From Vicugna vicugna (taxonomy: Eukaryota), in the NCBI GenBank assembly GCA_013265495.1, contig MU060072.1:2548356-2612355 (forward strand): 64,000 nucleotides of DNA. The letters are read 5' to 3'. Shown here piece by piece: positions 23,791-36,165 of this stretch; positions within the stretch are counted from its first letter, which is position 1, and each line of letters opens with the position of its first letter. The notes under the pieces are model-generated. The model made no database searches and was not told the DNA's origin. It saw only the letters and a program-made list of their open reading frames with translations. The translations under genes and the position numbers were made by a program.

Positions 23791-25820
23791 ACAGGATACT
23801 ATTAATTTTATAGCAAAGCACATTCTGACAATAATCTACCATAAAATGACCTGTTGTTTAATCACCCAGGTTAAAACCCCCTCAAAAGATCAACTTGAAT
23901 TTCAGCTCCACCATTCACTAGATGAATAACATCTCTTACATTTTCTGGGCCCTGATTTCTGGTCAGGAAAACAGCATATTTACTGTGAAGATTAGAAATT
24001 CGATGTGCGAAGTGTGCAGAGACTGTAGCACATCACACATAGTCACTGATAGGTAGCTCCCCTCCCTGTCTGTTAAACCATGACTCAGTACATCTCACTT
24101 TTAGTATGTATAGTCCCACACTCTCAAACTCGTTAAATGAAAAGCATTAGAAATAACCTTTGGATGATCTTTAAATAATTCTTTATGGTTTGGAGGGGGG
24201 AAAAATCTACAGAAACATAAAATATCCAGGGTGTCAAATATACAGTATAATCATTTTGTATGATCACTGCTAATACAGTTCAATGTAAATTGCAGTCTCC
24301 GATTTGACATAATTACACATAACCAAACACTAATAAAAATTGCTGCCTTATATTTCAAATTAGTAATTATGGTAGTAAATATTAACAACATGTCAGATAT
24401 AAGATGGTGATTTGTTCTGAAATGTATTAGAAATCATTATACTGTATGATAATTTTAATTACAGTCGGGTAACAAGAAAGCACGCAATGGTTAGGGCTCT
24501 TGGGGCATCATGGGAACCAGCAGCGCCTCAGTTCAGCGCCAGCTCTGACTCCCTCACTTTGAGTTCAGGAAACGCACACTTCTTTCTCCACCTTTAAATA
24601 GCAAACCCAGTTCCCGCTGCAGAATCAGTACATTCAGGAGGTTTGGGGTCATTTTTCCAGGGTTTTAAAATCCTTATTCTAGCGCTCTCTAGGCACGGGA
24701 ATTGGGCTGACGGGAATTTCTCTGTGCCTCTGTTTTCTCATCTTTAAAATGGAAAACAGGGTAGTGCTTAGCTCAGAGAGTGGTAACAGCAGCTAAATTA
24801 GGTCAGCCCATGTGCAATGCTTAGCCCAGCACATGGAACATTAAGACATAGTAAGTCTTCGATAGATAGTAGTGGTTGTTACCACCGTTTTATATTAATG
24901 TTCAGATCAATCATTTCCCTGAACTTTTAAGACCACATTCTTAATAATAGTGACCAAGTGTCCTATATTGAGTAGAAATGTGCTGAACGTTGGCTTCTAT
25001 CTCTTGGGACACAGTAATCTTCAAAATTCAGTCTTTCTCCTTCCTCTCTCCGTCCACATTCCTCCATTTCTTTTCACCCACTCAGCGTTGTGAGTCAAAG
25101 GGAATACCCTTGTCTTCATACTTTCACCTCTCTCAAATGTCTGGCTTTGGCTCATCCTTTCACGGCCCCTGTCTCCATGCTGGCTTTCGCCACAGTCTCT
25201 AAGCACGGTCCACCGTCTACCCCATGCTCCATCAATGATGACCCTGAAGAGATGCTGAGAAACTTGACTCCCTACAAGTGAGTATAAGAGCCCCAGGACT
25301 CCCGCCTCCACCCATTTACAACCTGACACACCTGAAATACGATCACTAGGCTCTAATTTAGGAATCCAATGCCCTTCCCACCCTGCCTATGCCACTACCC
25401 TCCACCAAAAAACCCCTGAAATTCCTTATTCTAACATAAAAACCATTTGTGTATTCAAAACTACCTATTTCTACCACTTTTAAAGATCTCTGGATTTATC
25501 CCATTTAAGGGAAAAAAAGACTTCTAGGCCATGCAATATCCTTGCAACACTCTCCCAGCTCCAAGACCTCCATGCACATTCATGGTCTCCTGCAAAGTGG
25601 GGGAGAACTCCCAGCATTCTGATAAAGCACCTTTCCTGTCTACATTTCCACATCGTTTCAGGAAAAAATATTCAGGGGAACAGACTGGACTGCTAATTAG
25701 AGAACTGTCTGAAACCACCATGAACCACATTTCCATCGGTGCAATAAGCAAAGACTCTTCATTAAAATCACTGTCCTCTGCAAGCGAAAGCTGTTTCAAG
25801 TGCAATAGATCTAATNNNNN

Positions 25821-26137
25821 NNNNNNNNNNNNNNNNNNNNNNNNNNNNNNNNNNNNNNNNNNNNNNNNNNNNNNNNNNNNNNNNNNNNNNNNNNNNNNNN
25901 NNNNNNNNNNNNNNNNNNNNNNNNNNNNNNNNNNNNNNNNNNNNNNNNNNNNNNNNNNNNNNNNNNNNNNNNNNNNNNNNNNNNNNNNNNNNNNNNNNNN
26001 NNNNNNNNNNNNNNNNNNNNNNNNNNNNNNNNNNNNNNNNNNNNNNNNNNNNNNNNNNNTTCCCATTCTTCGGAAATGGAGAGTGGCTTCTCCAATAAAG
26101 ACTCCCTTCAAGGTGTAAAGTGGGAGAACTCTGGGAT
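25821..26137 (-). CDS. Inferred internal exon, 5' part visible
   Basis: Strong acceptor gtgttttttttcttctcaagcag| (AG at 26139-26138), with a weaker alternative ttacaccttgaag| (exon start 26105). Mask 25816-26059. Reading frame and 3' boundary unresolved. Confidence 0.4.
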
Positions 26138-26769
26138 CTGCTTGAGAAGAAAAAAACACCCCATTTCAGAAGCTGCTCCAATTTAAAACTCTGCCTGCAT
26201 CCCTATGACAAATTGTATTCCAAATATAGGTTATTCACGACATGTTTGTTATAAGGCGAGGCATGTGAATTCCTGCCATGTCTTTCTTTACAAACATGTC
26301 AAGACTTGTGAACCTTTAATGAAATGCAGCATTTGGGAAGCAAAGAGGAGCCTACAAAGATGCCAGAAAGAAGAGGCTCCTTTCCTGGGACTGGGACCCT
26401 CTTAGGCTAGTGATAGTTTCCATCATCAGAGATATTGTGTCATCTCAAAGCCAAATGGGGCTTCACAGGTCACTGAAATGAACCACTTACTTCAGCTTAT
26501 AGATTAAGAGACTAAGGCCTGAAAAAGAAGATTTTTTCCAAAGTGTCAGGGCCGGTGAGGGGCAAAGACTACCAGACCCATGTCTGGCCTGGCCACCACA
26601 CAGCTGCCTTCCATTCATGCCATAGGGTTGACAAGGCTCCAAAATAGATTTTGCCCTCTTGGGGTACTTTCTTAGGTCCCATGGGGCACCAACTTTCTGG
26701 TATTCAAATAAAAGTTCAAAGAAACTTGGAAGTGAACTTATCCCAGTTGGATATTTTTAGTCATGCTAT

Positions 26770-27494
26770 TGAAACCGAGTCCCCCTAAAACCAAGATCCC
26801 CTGCTGAGTTTACGATTAGCCTCTCCATCCAGAACTTTATCCTTTTTCTTGTCCCACCCTCCGCCCCTACTCCCCTGAGGACTGAGGAGTGGCAAAGAAA
26901 AGGGGGGACTGAAACAGAGCAGGGCCTGTGGGACCAAAGCCCCTCCATGTCCTCTGTCTCTTGTTTGTAGAAAAAGGCTTCAGTCTCCGAGGTTTTCCCT
27001 GAGTTCCAAAGAGCAGATTCAAGAAGTTACTAATTAGGGAAGTGAGGGAATGTAGAAACAAAGGAAAAATAGTCAAGAAATAACAATTTGGTTATAAATT
27101 GTTCCTCCTCAAGGGATATACATAGCAATCTGAAACGTATCTTTGAGTTCTTCTACAGGAACTAAGATGCCTGCCCAGGTGAAAGATGGTGACTACAGGC
27201 TGACCACACACATGTAGACCCTAGACAGGTTGGAAAGCTAATGATTAGGATTCCCAAAACACCATCCTGTGACCTCACCACTGACCAATCAAAAGAAAGT
27301 CATGCCACCTGCAACCCTCACCCCAGATGTTTCCTTTAAAAGCTCTTCCATTTGGGGAATTTGGGTCTTTTGAGCATAAGCTGCCCATTCTCCTTGCTTG
27401 GTGCCTGCAGTAAACACTGTACTTTCCTCCACCACAACCAGGTGTCAGTAAATTGGCTTTAGTGGGCAAGTAGAACTAGTTTAGTTTGGTACCA
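26770..27494 (+). mobile_element. ERV1-class solo LTR (~725 bp)
   Basis: TG...CA termini (tgaaaccgag...tttggtacca); 4-bp flanks ctat/ctac; CCAAT 27285-27289; TATA-like tttaaaag 27335-27342; AGTAAA signal 27409-27414. Confidence 0.75.
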
Positions 27495-27711
27495 CTACAG
27501 AAATTAGTTGGATGGATTTTACATTTGGCTTTTGTTTTTAACTAAGGCCCGGGAGTACAATCTTTCTTATTTGTTAACTCATTTTCTCCCATTCACTAGT
27601 AACCAGAGGTCCCACGCAGAAGAGATCCACTTCCTAATTAATGTTTTCTCCAAGTATATGGCTTTCTGAGATGGTGAGAACACAGTAGTCTGCTCTGGTT
27701 TTGGTTTAAAG

Positions 27712-28052
27712 CAAGGCTCAACAAACTTTTTCTGTAAAGGGCCCGAGAGTGACTATGTTAAGCTGTGCAAGCCACATGGTCTCTGTCTGAACTACTCAAC
27801 TCAGCAACTGTGGTGCAAAAGCAGTCACAGACGTTGTGTAAGCAAATAAGCCTGGCTACGTTCTGATAAAACTTTATTTATCCATGTTGAAATTGAATTT
27901 CATGTAACTTTCATGTGTCATGAAGCATTATTCATCTTTTGATTTTTATTCAACCACTTAAAAATGCAAAAACCATTTTTAGCTCATAAGCTATACAAAA
28001 GCAGGCAGGAGGCCAGATGTGTCTTGCCCCCACTAGAGTTTGCCAACCCCCG
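27712..28052 (+). mobile_element. MER58B-type hAT-Charlie element
   Basis: caaggctcaacaaactttttctgtaaagggcc...tttgccaaccccc; 8-bp TSD gtttaaag (27704-27711) and gtttagag (28053-28060). Confidence 0.85.
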
Positions 28053-28558
28053 GTTTAGAGTCATGAAAGCACTCACCACCTGGAAAACATCCTTTTGCTA
28101 CCCAGACGCTCTCTTTATAATTTGCTAGCAGTGCTCGTCTGGCTAATACACATTTTCTGTCAAATGCACATGTATTCCCATTGGTGTGTGATAGGAATGA
28201 CTTCAGCAAGGTTACATCCTACTTGCTAGTGACTTCAGTCACCCCACAGTGCTCCTGAGTGGGGTGTCTTCCTTGATGGGAAGTATAACTGAAAGGACTG
28301 ACTTGATCACCGAGAAACAGTTGTGAGATTATGTCATTATCATGCCAATCAGACGAAAGAGAAACACCCAGCCATGGGACCGTTGATGTACGTTCTACTA
28401 CTGGATTTTTAGCCTTCATACGTAAATACTGCTTTAAATTTGGAAAGAAATATTCGAGTTTCACCTATGGCCAATATTAGCACCAACAAATCAATCACCG
28501 AAATCATTATCAATCTTTTGTCTACAATGAAGTAAGTAGGAACGCTCCATTTAAATAC

Positions 28559-28837
28559 CTTTACACACANNNNNNNNNNNNNNNNNNNNNNNNNNNNNNN
28601 NNNNNNNNNNNNNNNNNNNNNNNNNNNNNNNNNNNNNNNNNNNNNNNNNNNNNNNNNNNNNNNNNNNNNNNNNNNNNNNNNNNNNNNNNNNNNNNNNNNN
28701 NNNNNNNNNNNNNNNNNNNNNNNNNNNNNNNNNNNNNNNNNNNNNNNNNNNNNNNNNNNNNNNNNNNNNNNNNNNNNNNNNNNNNNNNNNNNNNNNNNNN
28801 NNNNNNNNNNNNNNNNNNNNNNNNNNNNNNNNNNNNN
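28559..28837 (-). CDS. Inferred 279-nt internal exon
   Basis: Upstream flank catgctttctctaaaattctg|N; mask 28570-28840. Visible 3' end TGTGTGTAAAG|gtattt gives a donor at 28558-28557, reading VCK (phase 1) or CVK (phase 0). A donor inside the mask is also possible. Confidence 0.55.
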
Positions 28838-29283
28838 NNCAGAATTTTAGAGAAAGCATGATAATTGCTAGGGGCAGGTACGAGCAAGAATTTCAGAGCC
28901 CCTCACACGAAGGAGAGACAGAAACGGGAGCTCTTTAATAAATAGAATTTTTGCTTTATAATGCAATTATTGTGAAATTTAGCATTTCACATCAAATTTA
29001 CAACTTTAAAATGTGATTCCTATTAATGTTATCTGCTCAGAGCTACTGCAGAATAAAACTGTTGGCCAACAGATGCCACCTCAACAACTGTCTTTAACAA
29101 CTCCATTCCCATCCTGGGTGGAAGAACCGAGTTTATGGCAGCATTTATAAGCATGCACTGCCAGTACGAATACACCAGTGAGGGATGCCCATATGTGTAA
29201 TACACACAGGCTGATGGAAATAACTCTGCAGAGGCTTCTGAGAATTCCACGGTTCGTGCTGATCTCTTTCTCTTAAGATCAAT

Positions 29284-29404
29284 AGGAGGAAGGAAGGAAT
29301 GAAGGAAAAGAAGGAGGAAGAAAGGAGAGAGGAAAGCAGGGAGGGAGGAAGGAAGAAAAAGAAAAAAGAGAGGAATGAAGGACAGAAGGAAAGAAGTGAA
29401 GGAG
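29284..29404 (+). repeat. GGAA/GA-rich low-complexity tract
   Basis: Visible purine-rich run. Confidence 0.85.
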
Positions 29405-31698
29405 GATATTATGATGTTTGGATACGGAAAGCTATGGAAAGCATAAGTATAAAAACCTTAGGGGACGGTGACAATGACATCCCACCACGGGATGCTCCCA
29501 GCCATCCAGGAAACAGGGCTGACTGGATGAAAGTTTAGTGGGGCACCACAGTACCTTTACAGGACAGTTCCTAAGACTCACAGAAAGGGCAACAGCACCT
29601 GAATCCCTCCAGGAAATAAGGCACATGCCTGCTGATTGTTTTTTCTTGAGAGAAGAACCATGTTTGCAGAGTAGGTAGCAGCCCCAAGTCATGCTGGCTC
29701 TAGGTTCCGAAGAACGCATGCACCCAGGTGCACCCTCACACTCACACTGGCGACTTCCATGCCTCATAAAACAAGCAGAAGCAGCAGCCATCTACATGGC
29801 AGGGTTTCAAGCCCCGAGGTCCCTGAGTCCTCCTCCAAATCTGCATGTCTAGATTTCAAGCCCTACTCTAGGCTTCCTATATTTTCATTAAGCTCCCCAG
29901 GTGAGTCTTCCTTCATGGGTCTCCATTTTCAAAAACATACACATGGAGATTCTGGTGTGAGAGTTCTGCTGTCTCCTGACAGATGGGCCTCCTCTGATCG
30001 TTTGCCTTCTCCAAACGTAGAGCTGGCCCCCCACTATTTCCTGAGCATCCCTCCTACTGTGGCTTCTGTCTCCCTCCTTCTCCCACCACAAGCATCAGCT
30101 CAGCGAGGCTGCCAGGGAAGGAGGAAGACCACCTCTTCCCTGAGCCACCCGACCTGCTCTTTGTGAACGGCACCCACGTGCTCCAGAAGCCCAGCTCAGC
30201 ATTCTATTGATCATCACCTATAAATCTAGCTACTCGTAAAAAGGTTCCATGAAATACAATCCAGGGACATAAATCTCTCTAAGAGAGATGAAATCTGATG
30301 GGAAATAAAATTCCCTCATTTCATTTATTCCCTTGTTTAACAGACTGACTTTCCCATCAGCTGTGAACATTACCATAAGATGGCAGAGGGTAGGGGACAG
30401 AGCACAGGCTGGGTGGGGGTCAGGCCAACAGGGGAGCAAACACCCCCGGTGCCAGCCACTCATCATGTGTCACCTGCAAGTGACTTATCCTCTCTGAGCC
30501 TCAGTTTTGTCATCTCTAAAATAAATGGAATAAACTCCCTCACACGGCTGCCATGAGATAAAGTTCGATACACCACCACATACCAAACACACATCAGGAG
30601 CACAAGGCGGTAGCTGTTAACATGCAGCACAGCTCCACTGTTAAAATTCTCTTTAACACAAAAAAGAGAGAAAATAATTAGCTCCCCCCAACCCCCAAAA
30701 TCCAGACTTCCTTCCCACAGACAGAGCGATGTCCCATAAGGTGGTTTCATTCATTCGGCTGACATTTACTGAGCATCACCCATGCGCCAGGCTTTGTCCT
30801 CCATCCTGGGAATTGTCCAGGCTTGGCCTCTAATTTTAAAAAGTGACAGAACCAACACTTAAGGTGACACACAAGAAAAAAACAGGTGGCGGGAAAATCA
30901 TAATTTTTTTTTTTTTTGCAAAACTTCCTCCACTGCACACAAACTCAGCCCTCCGTGTCCTTCATGAATCTTGAAGAGTGATTCTGTCCTCTCAGAAACC
31001 TTCAGAGACCTGCAGCCCAGCTCCTCTCCTGGGTTCTCCCAGCTCCTGAGTCAGGGTCAGTCTCGGAATTTCCACATGGTGCTGCCATTTTGATTCAACA
31101 AAGTGACAGATCCCTACCCGGTGATCTTGTAAGGACAGGGACAAAGTCGTGTTAATTTCTTTACTTCCTCCCTCACCAGAACAGTGTCTGCACACAGCAG
31201 TGAGACTGCACCTATGAGCCTCTAGAACAGAAAGCTCCACCATCAACATGTTCCCCTTGGTTGCTCCTAGTGACCAGAGAGTCAGTCCCTGAGCTTAAGC
31301 AGCTCCGTTCCAGATACATTTTCCCACAGCAAAAAAAAAAAAGGCAAATATAAAATTCTTTGTTCCTGGAACAAGAAGAAAAGCTCACAAGACTGAGAAA
31401 ATGGCTGGCATTAGCACTCACTTCAACAGGCCAGCAAAACTTGCCACTGTTTCTTCTATCTGATCTTTGGGGCCCTCCAACTCCATACTCCCATGATCTG
31501 ACCATGAGGCAAAAACCACATTCTGCTCATTCCCAGTGTACTTGAACCATGATGGTCTTTGGCTTGAGTGAGCCAATAGCCTATTGGTTTCACTTTCTTC
31601 TCTATAAAAACAGTCTACGGTGAAATGAACAAGACAGTCTTGAATTGACCAAATGTTGGCAAAGAACAAAGCAAAGTTTAGTGACTTCATGAGCATCT

Positions 31699-31793
31699 TT
31701 TCCTTTTTTTTTTTTAAATGGAGGTGCTGGGGATTGAACCCAGGAGCTCGTGCATGCTAAGCAGGTGCTCTACTACTGAGCTCTCCCCTCCCC
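31699..31793 (-). mobile_element. tRNA-Ala-derived camelid SINE (Vic-1 type)
   Basis: Minus strand GGGGAGGGGAGAGCTCAGTAGTAGAGCACCTGCTTAGCATGCACGAGCTCCTGGGTTCAATCCCCAGCACCTCCA plus A-tail; A and B boxes recognisable. Confidence 0.85.
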
Positions 31794-32658
31794 AATCAAG
31801 TATCTTGAGAAAGAAAGAATATGAATCTATTGAGTGGTCCTTGTAATCCCACTCTTAGGTTACACAGAGGGAAGTTTGGAGCTGGAAAAAGAGATCACAG
31901 AGGTATTCAAGATGATGGGGAAAGAAGTAACGGGGGAGAGGAAAAAAAATTCTTCTATCCTATAGACTTAGGCCAAGCATTTGTTAGCGTTGTGTCTAAC
32001 TCCCTAAACCAAAAAAAGTAAACTCAAACAAACAAAGAATTCACCAGCCAGAACCAGGCAGACTCTCCCGCCTTGATTCACACATGGTCTCCTCACTCCC
32101 CACTCCCACCACAGATGGTGGCAGAGCTCTGACACACGCAGCGCCCTCAGGCACTGAAACCTCCTCTGAGTCCCTCCGCAAGGGTGGTGGGCTGGTCCCC
32201 CTCTCAGCTTCCCGGGGGCATCTCTGTTGCTCCTTCTCTCTGCACCCCATCAAAATGGCACATTGTTAGGACTGTGCTCAGGATGTGTGATTTGGGACAG
32301 ACAGTCGTTGGAGTTCCCATATGTTTAAGGTACATATCTGGGCCACTGAGAAAAAGGAATTAAAGCATTCTCAAAAACAGCAGGAGAGCAAATTGGCCTT
32401 TCCCTCTGAGAGCTATTATTAGAGAAGCCCAGCCCAACTCAACCAGAAAGCCAGTATCTAGCCCGTCCGTTCTCCCCCTGCATCACTGTCCCACACATCC
32501 CGCCCCCTTCCCAATAGGACTGCCCCGCTGCATCCCAGCCAGACACACATGTCACCTTTAATGTTGACAACTGGCTGGCAGAGATCAGGGGAAGCATCCT
32601 TTCTCATAGAGCAACTTGGTGGTCCAAAGTTTAATTTCACATAATACCGAGAACTCAC

Positions 32659-33340
32659 GGAACATCGAAGTGCATTTGATTTGTACTCGCGGAATTTGGC
32701 AACCTGCTAGCTCTTCTCTTTGTGTACCTGCTGAAGTCGCAGCTGCTGCCTAAACTTTGTAAATCAACGCTAAGCAAATGCCAAATAAAGAAACCAACTT
32801 CCCAGGATGCAGAAAGGGCAGGGGAATCACAGTTTTTGTTCTCAGAAATATGCTGTGACCTGCTTCCGAGCTGTGTCCTGGCAGCTTGGATGTGTCTCTG
32901 TTCTCCTGTGTCTGGAATCCTCCTTTACCTCCCAGAGAGAGAGAGAGACAGAGAGCCAGAAGAAGAGGGAAGGGGAGGGGAGGTAGGAGGAGAGGGGAGC
33001 AGGGAGAGGGGAGGAAAGAAGATCTGAAGGAGGCAGAGATGGAATAAAGGAGAGGGAAACAGCCTTTCTTATTATTTGTCCCGGATTGAGTGGACAATGT
33101 TGGCTGGGAAGACAACACACAGCCTTACTATTTCTCACGACACACATTTCTAACGGAAATTAGAGATCTCAAGAGTCCGTTTTCTCAGTGGAGTTCATCC
33201 CCTGTCGTGCAATCAAAGTTAATGCGAAAACAGGCTCATTTCACTTGATCCGCAACTTTCCAGGCATGGATCCGTGGCGTGTATGATGGCGTCACTAGGT
33301 GGGCCTTCTTATCGCTCCTGGTCCTTGGGCCGCATGGGAC
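32659..33340 (-). promoter_or_regulatory. Candidate internal promoter and first exon
   Basis: Repeat-free block retaining CpGs, a long pyrimidine tract on the minus strand (32930-33060) and a GTGAGT donor at 32658-32653. Function inferred only. Confidence 0.35.
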
Positions 33341-33884
33341 ATATTTCTCAACAGCAACTCCTTGCTGAAGGATTTGGAGTTAATCACTCAAAATCCTCTG
33401 GCATGTTGCAGTCTGTGTTCCCTTGGGCACGGGTAATGCACAACTGAATCAACCAACCGAAGATGGAGAAGCCCAACATTTCTCAGCACGACGAAAACGG
33501 ACTTTATAAGTGGGCTGTCAGGCAGCCACCTCTATTTCCCTGCCTATCTCAAAGGATACATCTGTCCCAGACGCAAGATGAGGAAGCAGAAGGAGGTATA
33601 GGCATGCTGTATGGACTAGAGGTGACTTACAGCTCCTCTCTGCCTTTCAGGTGCTGGCTTCTGGTGACTCAGGCCGAGTGATCTGGGTAGCAGTGATGAC
33701 ACTTAGAGCCGCCATCTATTGAATACTTAAACGCCAGGCTCTGTGCTAGATCTGTATATGTGTGTGTCTTGTCTTCTCCCAATAAAACAGGAGTTCCATA
33801 AAGGGCAAATATCTTGTCTCTGTTGTTTTATCTTTTTCCTTTTGTTTTCCTTTGGTTTGCCAATGTCCCCCCAACACACACATA

Positions 33885-34110
33885 ATAATGACTAACACTT
33901 ACAGAGCACTGCGAGATGCCAGGCATCGTTCTAAGGGCGGAAAATACAGAAACTCACAGAATCCTCACAACAACCCTCTGAGGTCGACAGATTCTCTCAT
34001 TACCCCCATTTTTTATAGATGCACAGAGAACTTCAGTAACTTGTCTAAATAAGTGGTGAAACCTGAATTCAAACACAGATATTCTGCTTCCAGAATCTAT
34101 GCTTTTAACG
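33885..34110 (-). mobile_element. MIR SINE
   Basis: aatcctcacaacaaccctctgagg...cccatttttatagatg...gaattcaaacacagatattctgcttccaga. Confidence 0.8.
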
Positions 34111-35769
34111 TCTATGCTATTGAAGGATGTTTATTGTATCAGTTAACATTTTTTGAATGAATGAAGGCTCTCATGTAAGCATTAAAACAGCCTTAAGGAG
34201 AACATACGACTACTGTTCTCTACAAATTAGGCAGCTGAGACTCAGAGTGGTTAAGTAACTTGCCCAAGGTCACACAGCTCCTTGTGCAGAATGAGGACAC
34301 AACTCAGGTCTTGCCGACAGGAAGGCCCACGCATGATCTTGAAATGACTGTAGAACTTCAAACCACACAACCAAGCCACTCCCTACTCAGTGCTTCCATT
34401 CGGGGCTCCATATCCCCCATCTTATTAATAACAGTATCTATTTTTGCAAACAAAACAAGTTGTTTAAGATAAAACAGACATATCTCTTCACAGGTCTACA
34501 TGGTTTTTGCTTTGTTTTGTTTTGTTTTCCCCAATAAGTTGTATAACAAAAGAAAAGCTGATATTTTAAATGACGAATCAGAAGTGGGTCAGGCGAGTCT
34601 TTGATTTCAAGAGGGCCTGTCCAGCAGAATTTGTCACTGGAGGACCTTAGCTGTGTGGTTACTTCCGTAAGGAATGCCCCCACAGCGGGCTCTGGACACT
34701 GCGTACTCAGTATGGGAAAGGCCTGATGTCCACGGCAGAGAACCAGGTGGCGCTGATGACACACCTCGGCTAAACCCAGGACCTCAGCCCTCTCTCTCTT
34801 CCAGGCACAGGTCTGGGAGCCAGGGAGGTCTTCCTCAGCCCATGAAAACTTTTGCCTTCGTCCAGCACTTGCTCCGACCGCTTGCTCCTAAATGACTGTT
34901 CCTCCGTCTGATTATTTTTCTTCTACACACACCTGTCATCCAACTTTTCATTTTTTAAAGTTTTAAAAATTTATTACTCCTGAAGCGAGGACCTGAGAAT
35001 GAGCCGGCGATTAACGGAATCATTTGACTGACCTTCAGGAGACCCAACCGGTGGGTGATTGATGAAATGGCTACAGGTTTAAGCAGAAGGTCAGCTTCAA
35101 TAATACGGCTGTTACTTCCCATGGTCCTTACAACCCAACTCAGTTGATGGCCTTCACTTCTCCTTTGCAACAATTTTGAGGCCAAGGTATTTGACTGACT
35201 CCACCACTTGCCACCCTCTAGTGAGGCTCCTTGCATACTAAAGACATGCTATCAGTATCGCACCCAAAACGATCATGATCTAACATCAGAGATGATTGCT
35301 CTCAACCACGGAGGTTCCCTGTTAGTTGCTTTTCCACCATATCCGATCAACCTGCCGCAGGGACCCGGCAGAGGTTACCTGGAAGGCAGTTCTCGCTGCT
35401 CCCTCCAATCAGCCCGCATCCATCACTGACACCCCGTTCTGGAGTTTAAAATGGGGGTCATAAAACCGTCCTGCCCACCTTCAGAAATTTAACACATTAA
35501 AGTTCTCCTTCTAGCTGGCAGCATTTGAACTTGAAAGAGGGAATAAAAGAAGGAAAAAGATTTCATTAAAACTTTTTTCCAGCCACTTCTAAGGGTTAAT
35601 AATAGGTAAATCTTGAACCTCATCAGCACTGAAGAACATGCTTCAGATTTTCTCTGCAAAGTAACCCCATACATAAGAAATAACAACCACAAGAACCAAG
35701 AGGCCATTGCATCCCTTTGCCTGCATCATCTCAACGAGTCCTCAGAGGTTTCCTAGGAAATCTGGGCAG

Positions 35770-36010
35770 TGGGGCAGTTAGAAACAGAGGCTCTGGACCC
35801 ACACTGCTCACAATGAAATCCTGGTCCTTCCACTGACTAGCTGTGTGACCTTGGGCAAGTCAGCTAACCTCGCCCTGCCTCAGCCCTTCACACACAGAAT
35901 GGCGATAAGGATAGCTCTCAAGATTGCTCTAGGATTAAATGATTCAATGTACATAAAGTGCTAGGACAGGTCTGGGTATGTGGTACCTGCTCAGGTACGC
36001 ATTATATATT
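35770..36010 (+). mobile_element. MIR SINE
   Basis: tcctggtccttccactgactagctgtgtgaccttgggcaagtcagctaacct. Confidence 0.8.
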
Positions 36011-36014
36011 GTCA

Positions 36015-36165
36015 GTACCATTAATCCAGTTTGATAGATAAGGCAACCGAGGCTCTGGGAGATTAATTAAATGATGTCCTCAAAATCGTGACTACCGAGT
36101 GGAAACGTGAGGATTTGAACTAGGCAGTCTAACTCCATAGGCCAAGTTCTTGAGCACTCCATTAG
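36015..36165 (-). mobile_element. MIR SINE
   Basis: gatagataaggcaaccgaggctctggg...ggatttgaactaggcagtctaactcc. Confidence 0.7.

Noticed and set aside
28412-28536. Plus-strand exon ending aatgaa|gtaagt with one open frame (PSYVNTALNLERNIRV...)
   Set aside because: No recognisable protein, no plus-strand gene context, and only about 40 nt from the next mask.
31719-31793. Functional tRNA-Ala(AGC) gene
   Set aside because: It has extra 5' GGGGA, stem mismatches and an A-rich tail; a second diverged copy at 37.9-38.0 kb has a TSD. Both are SINEs.
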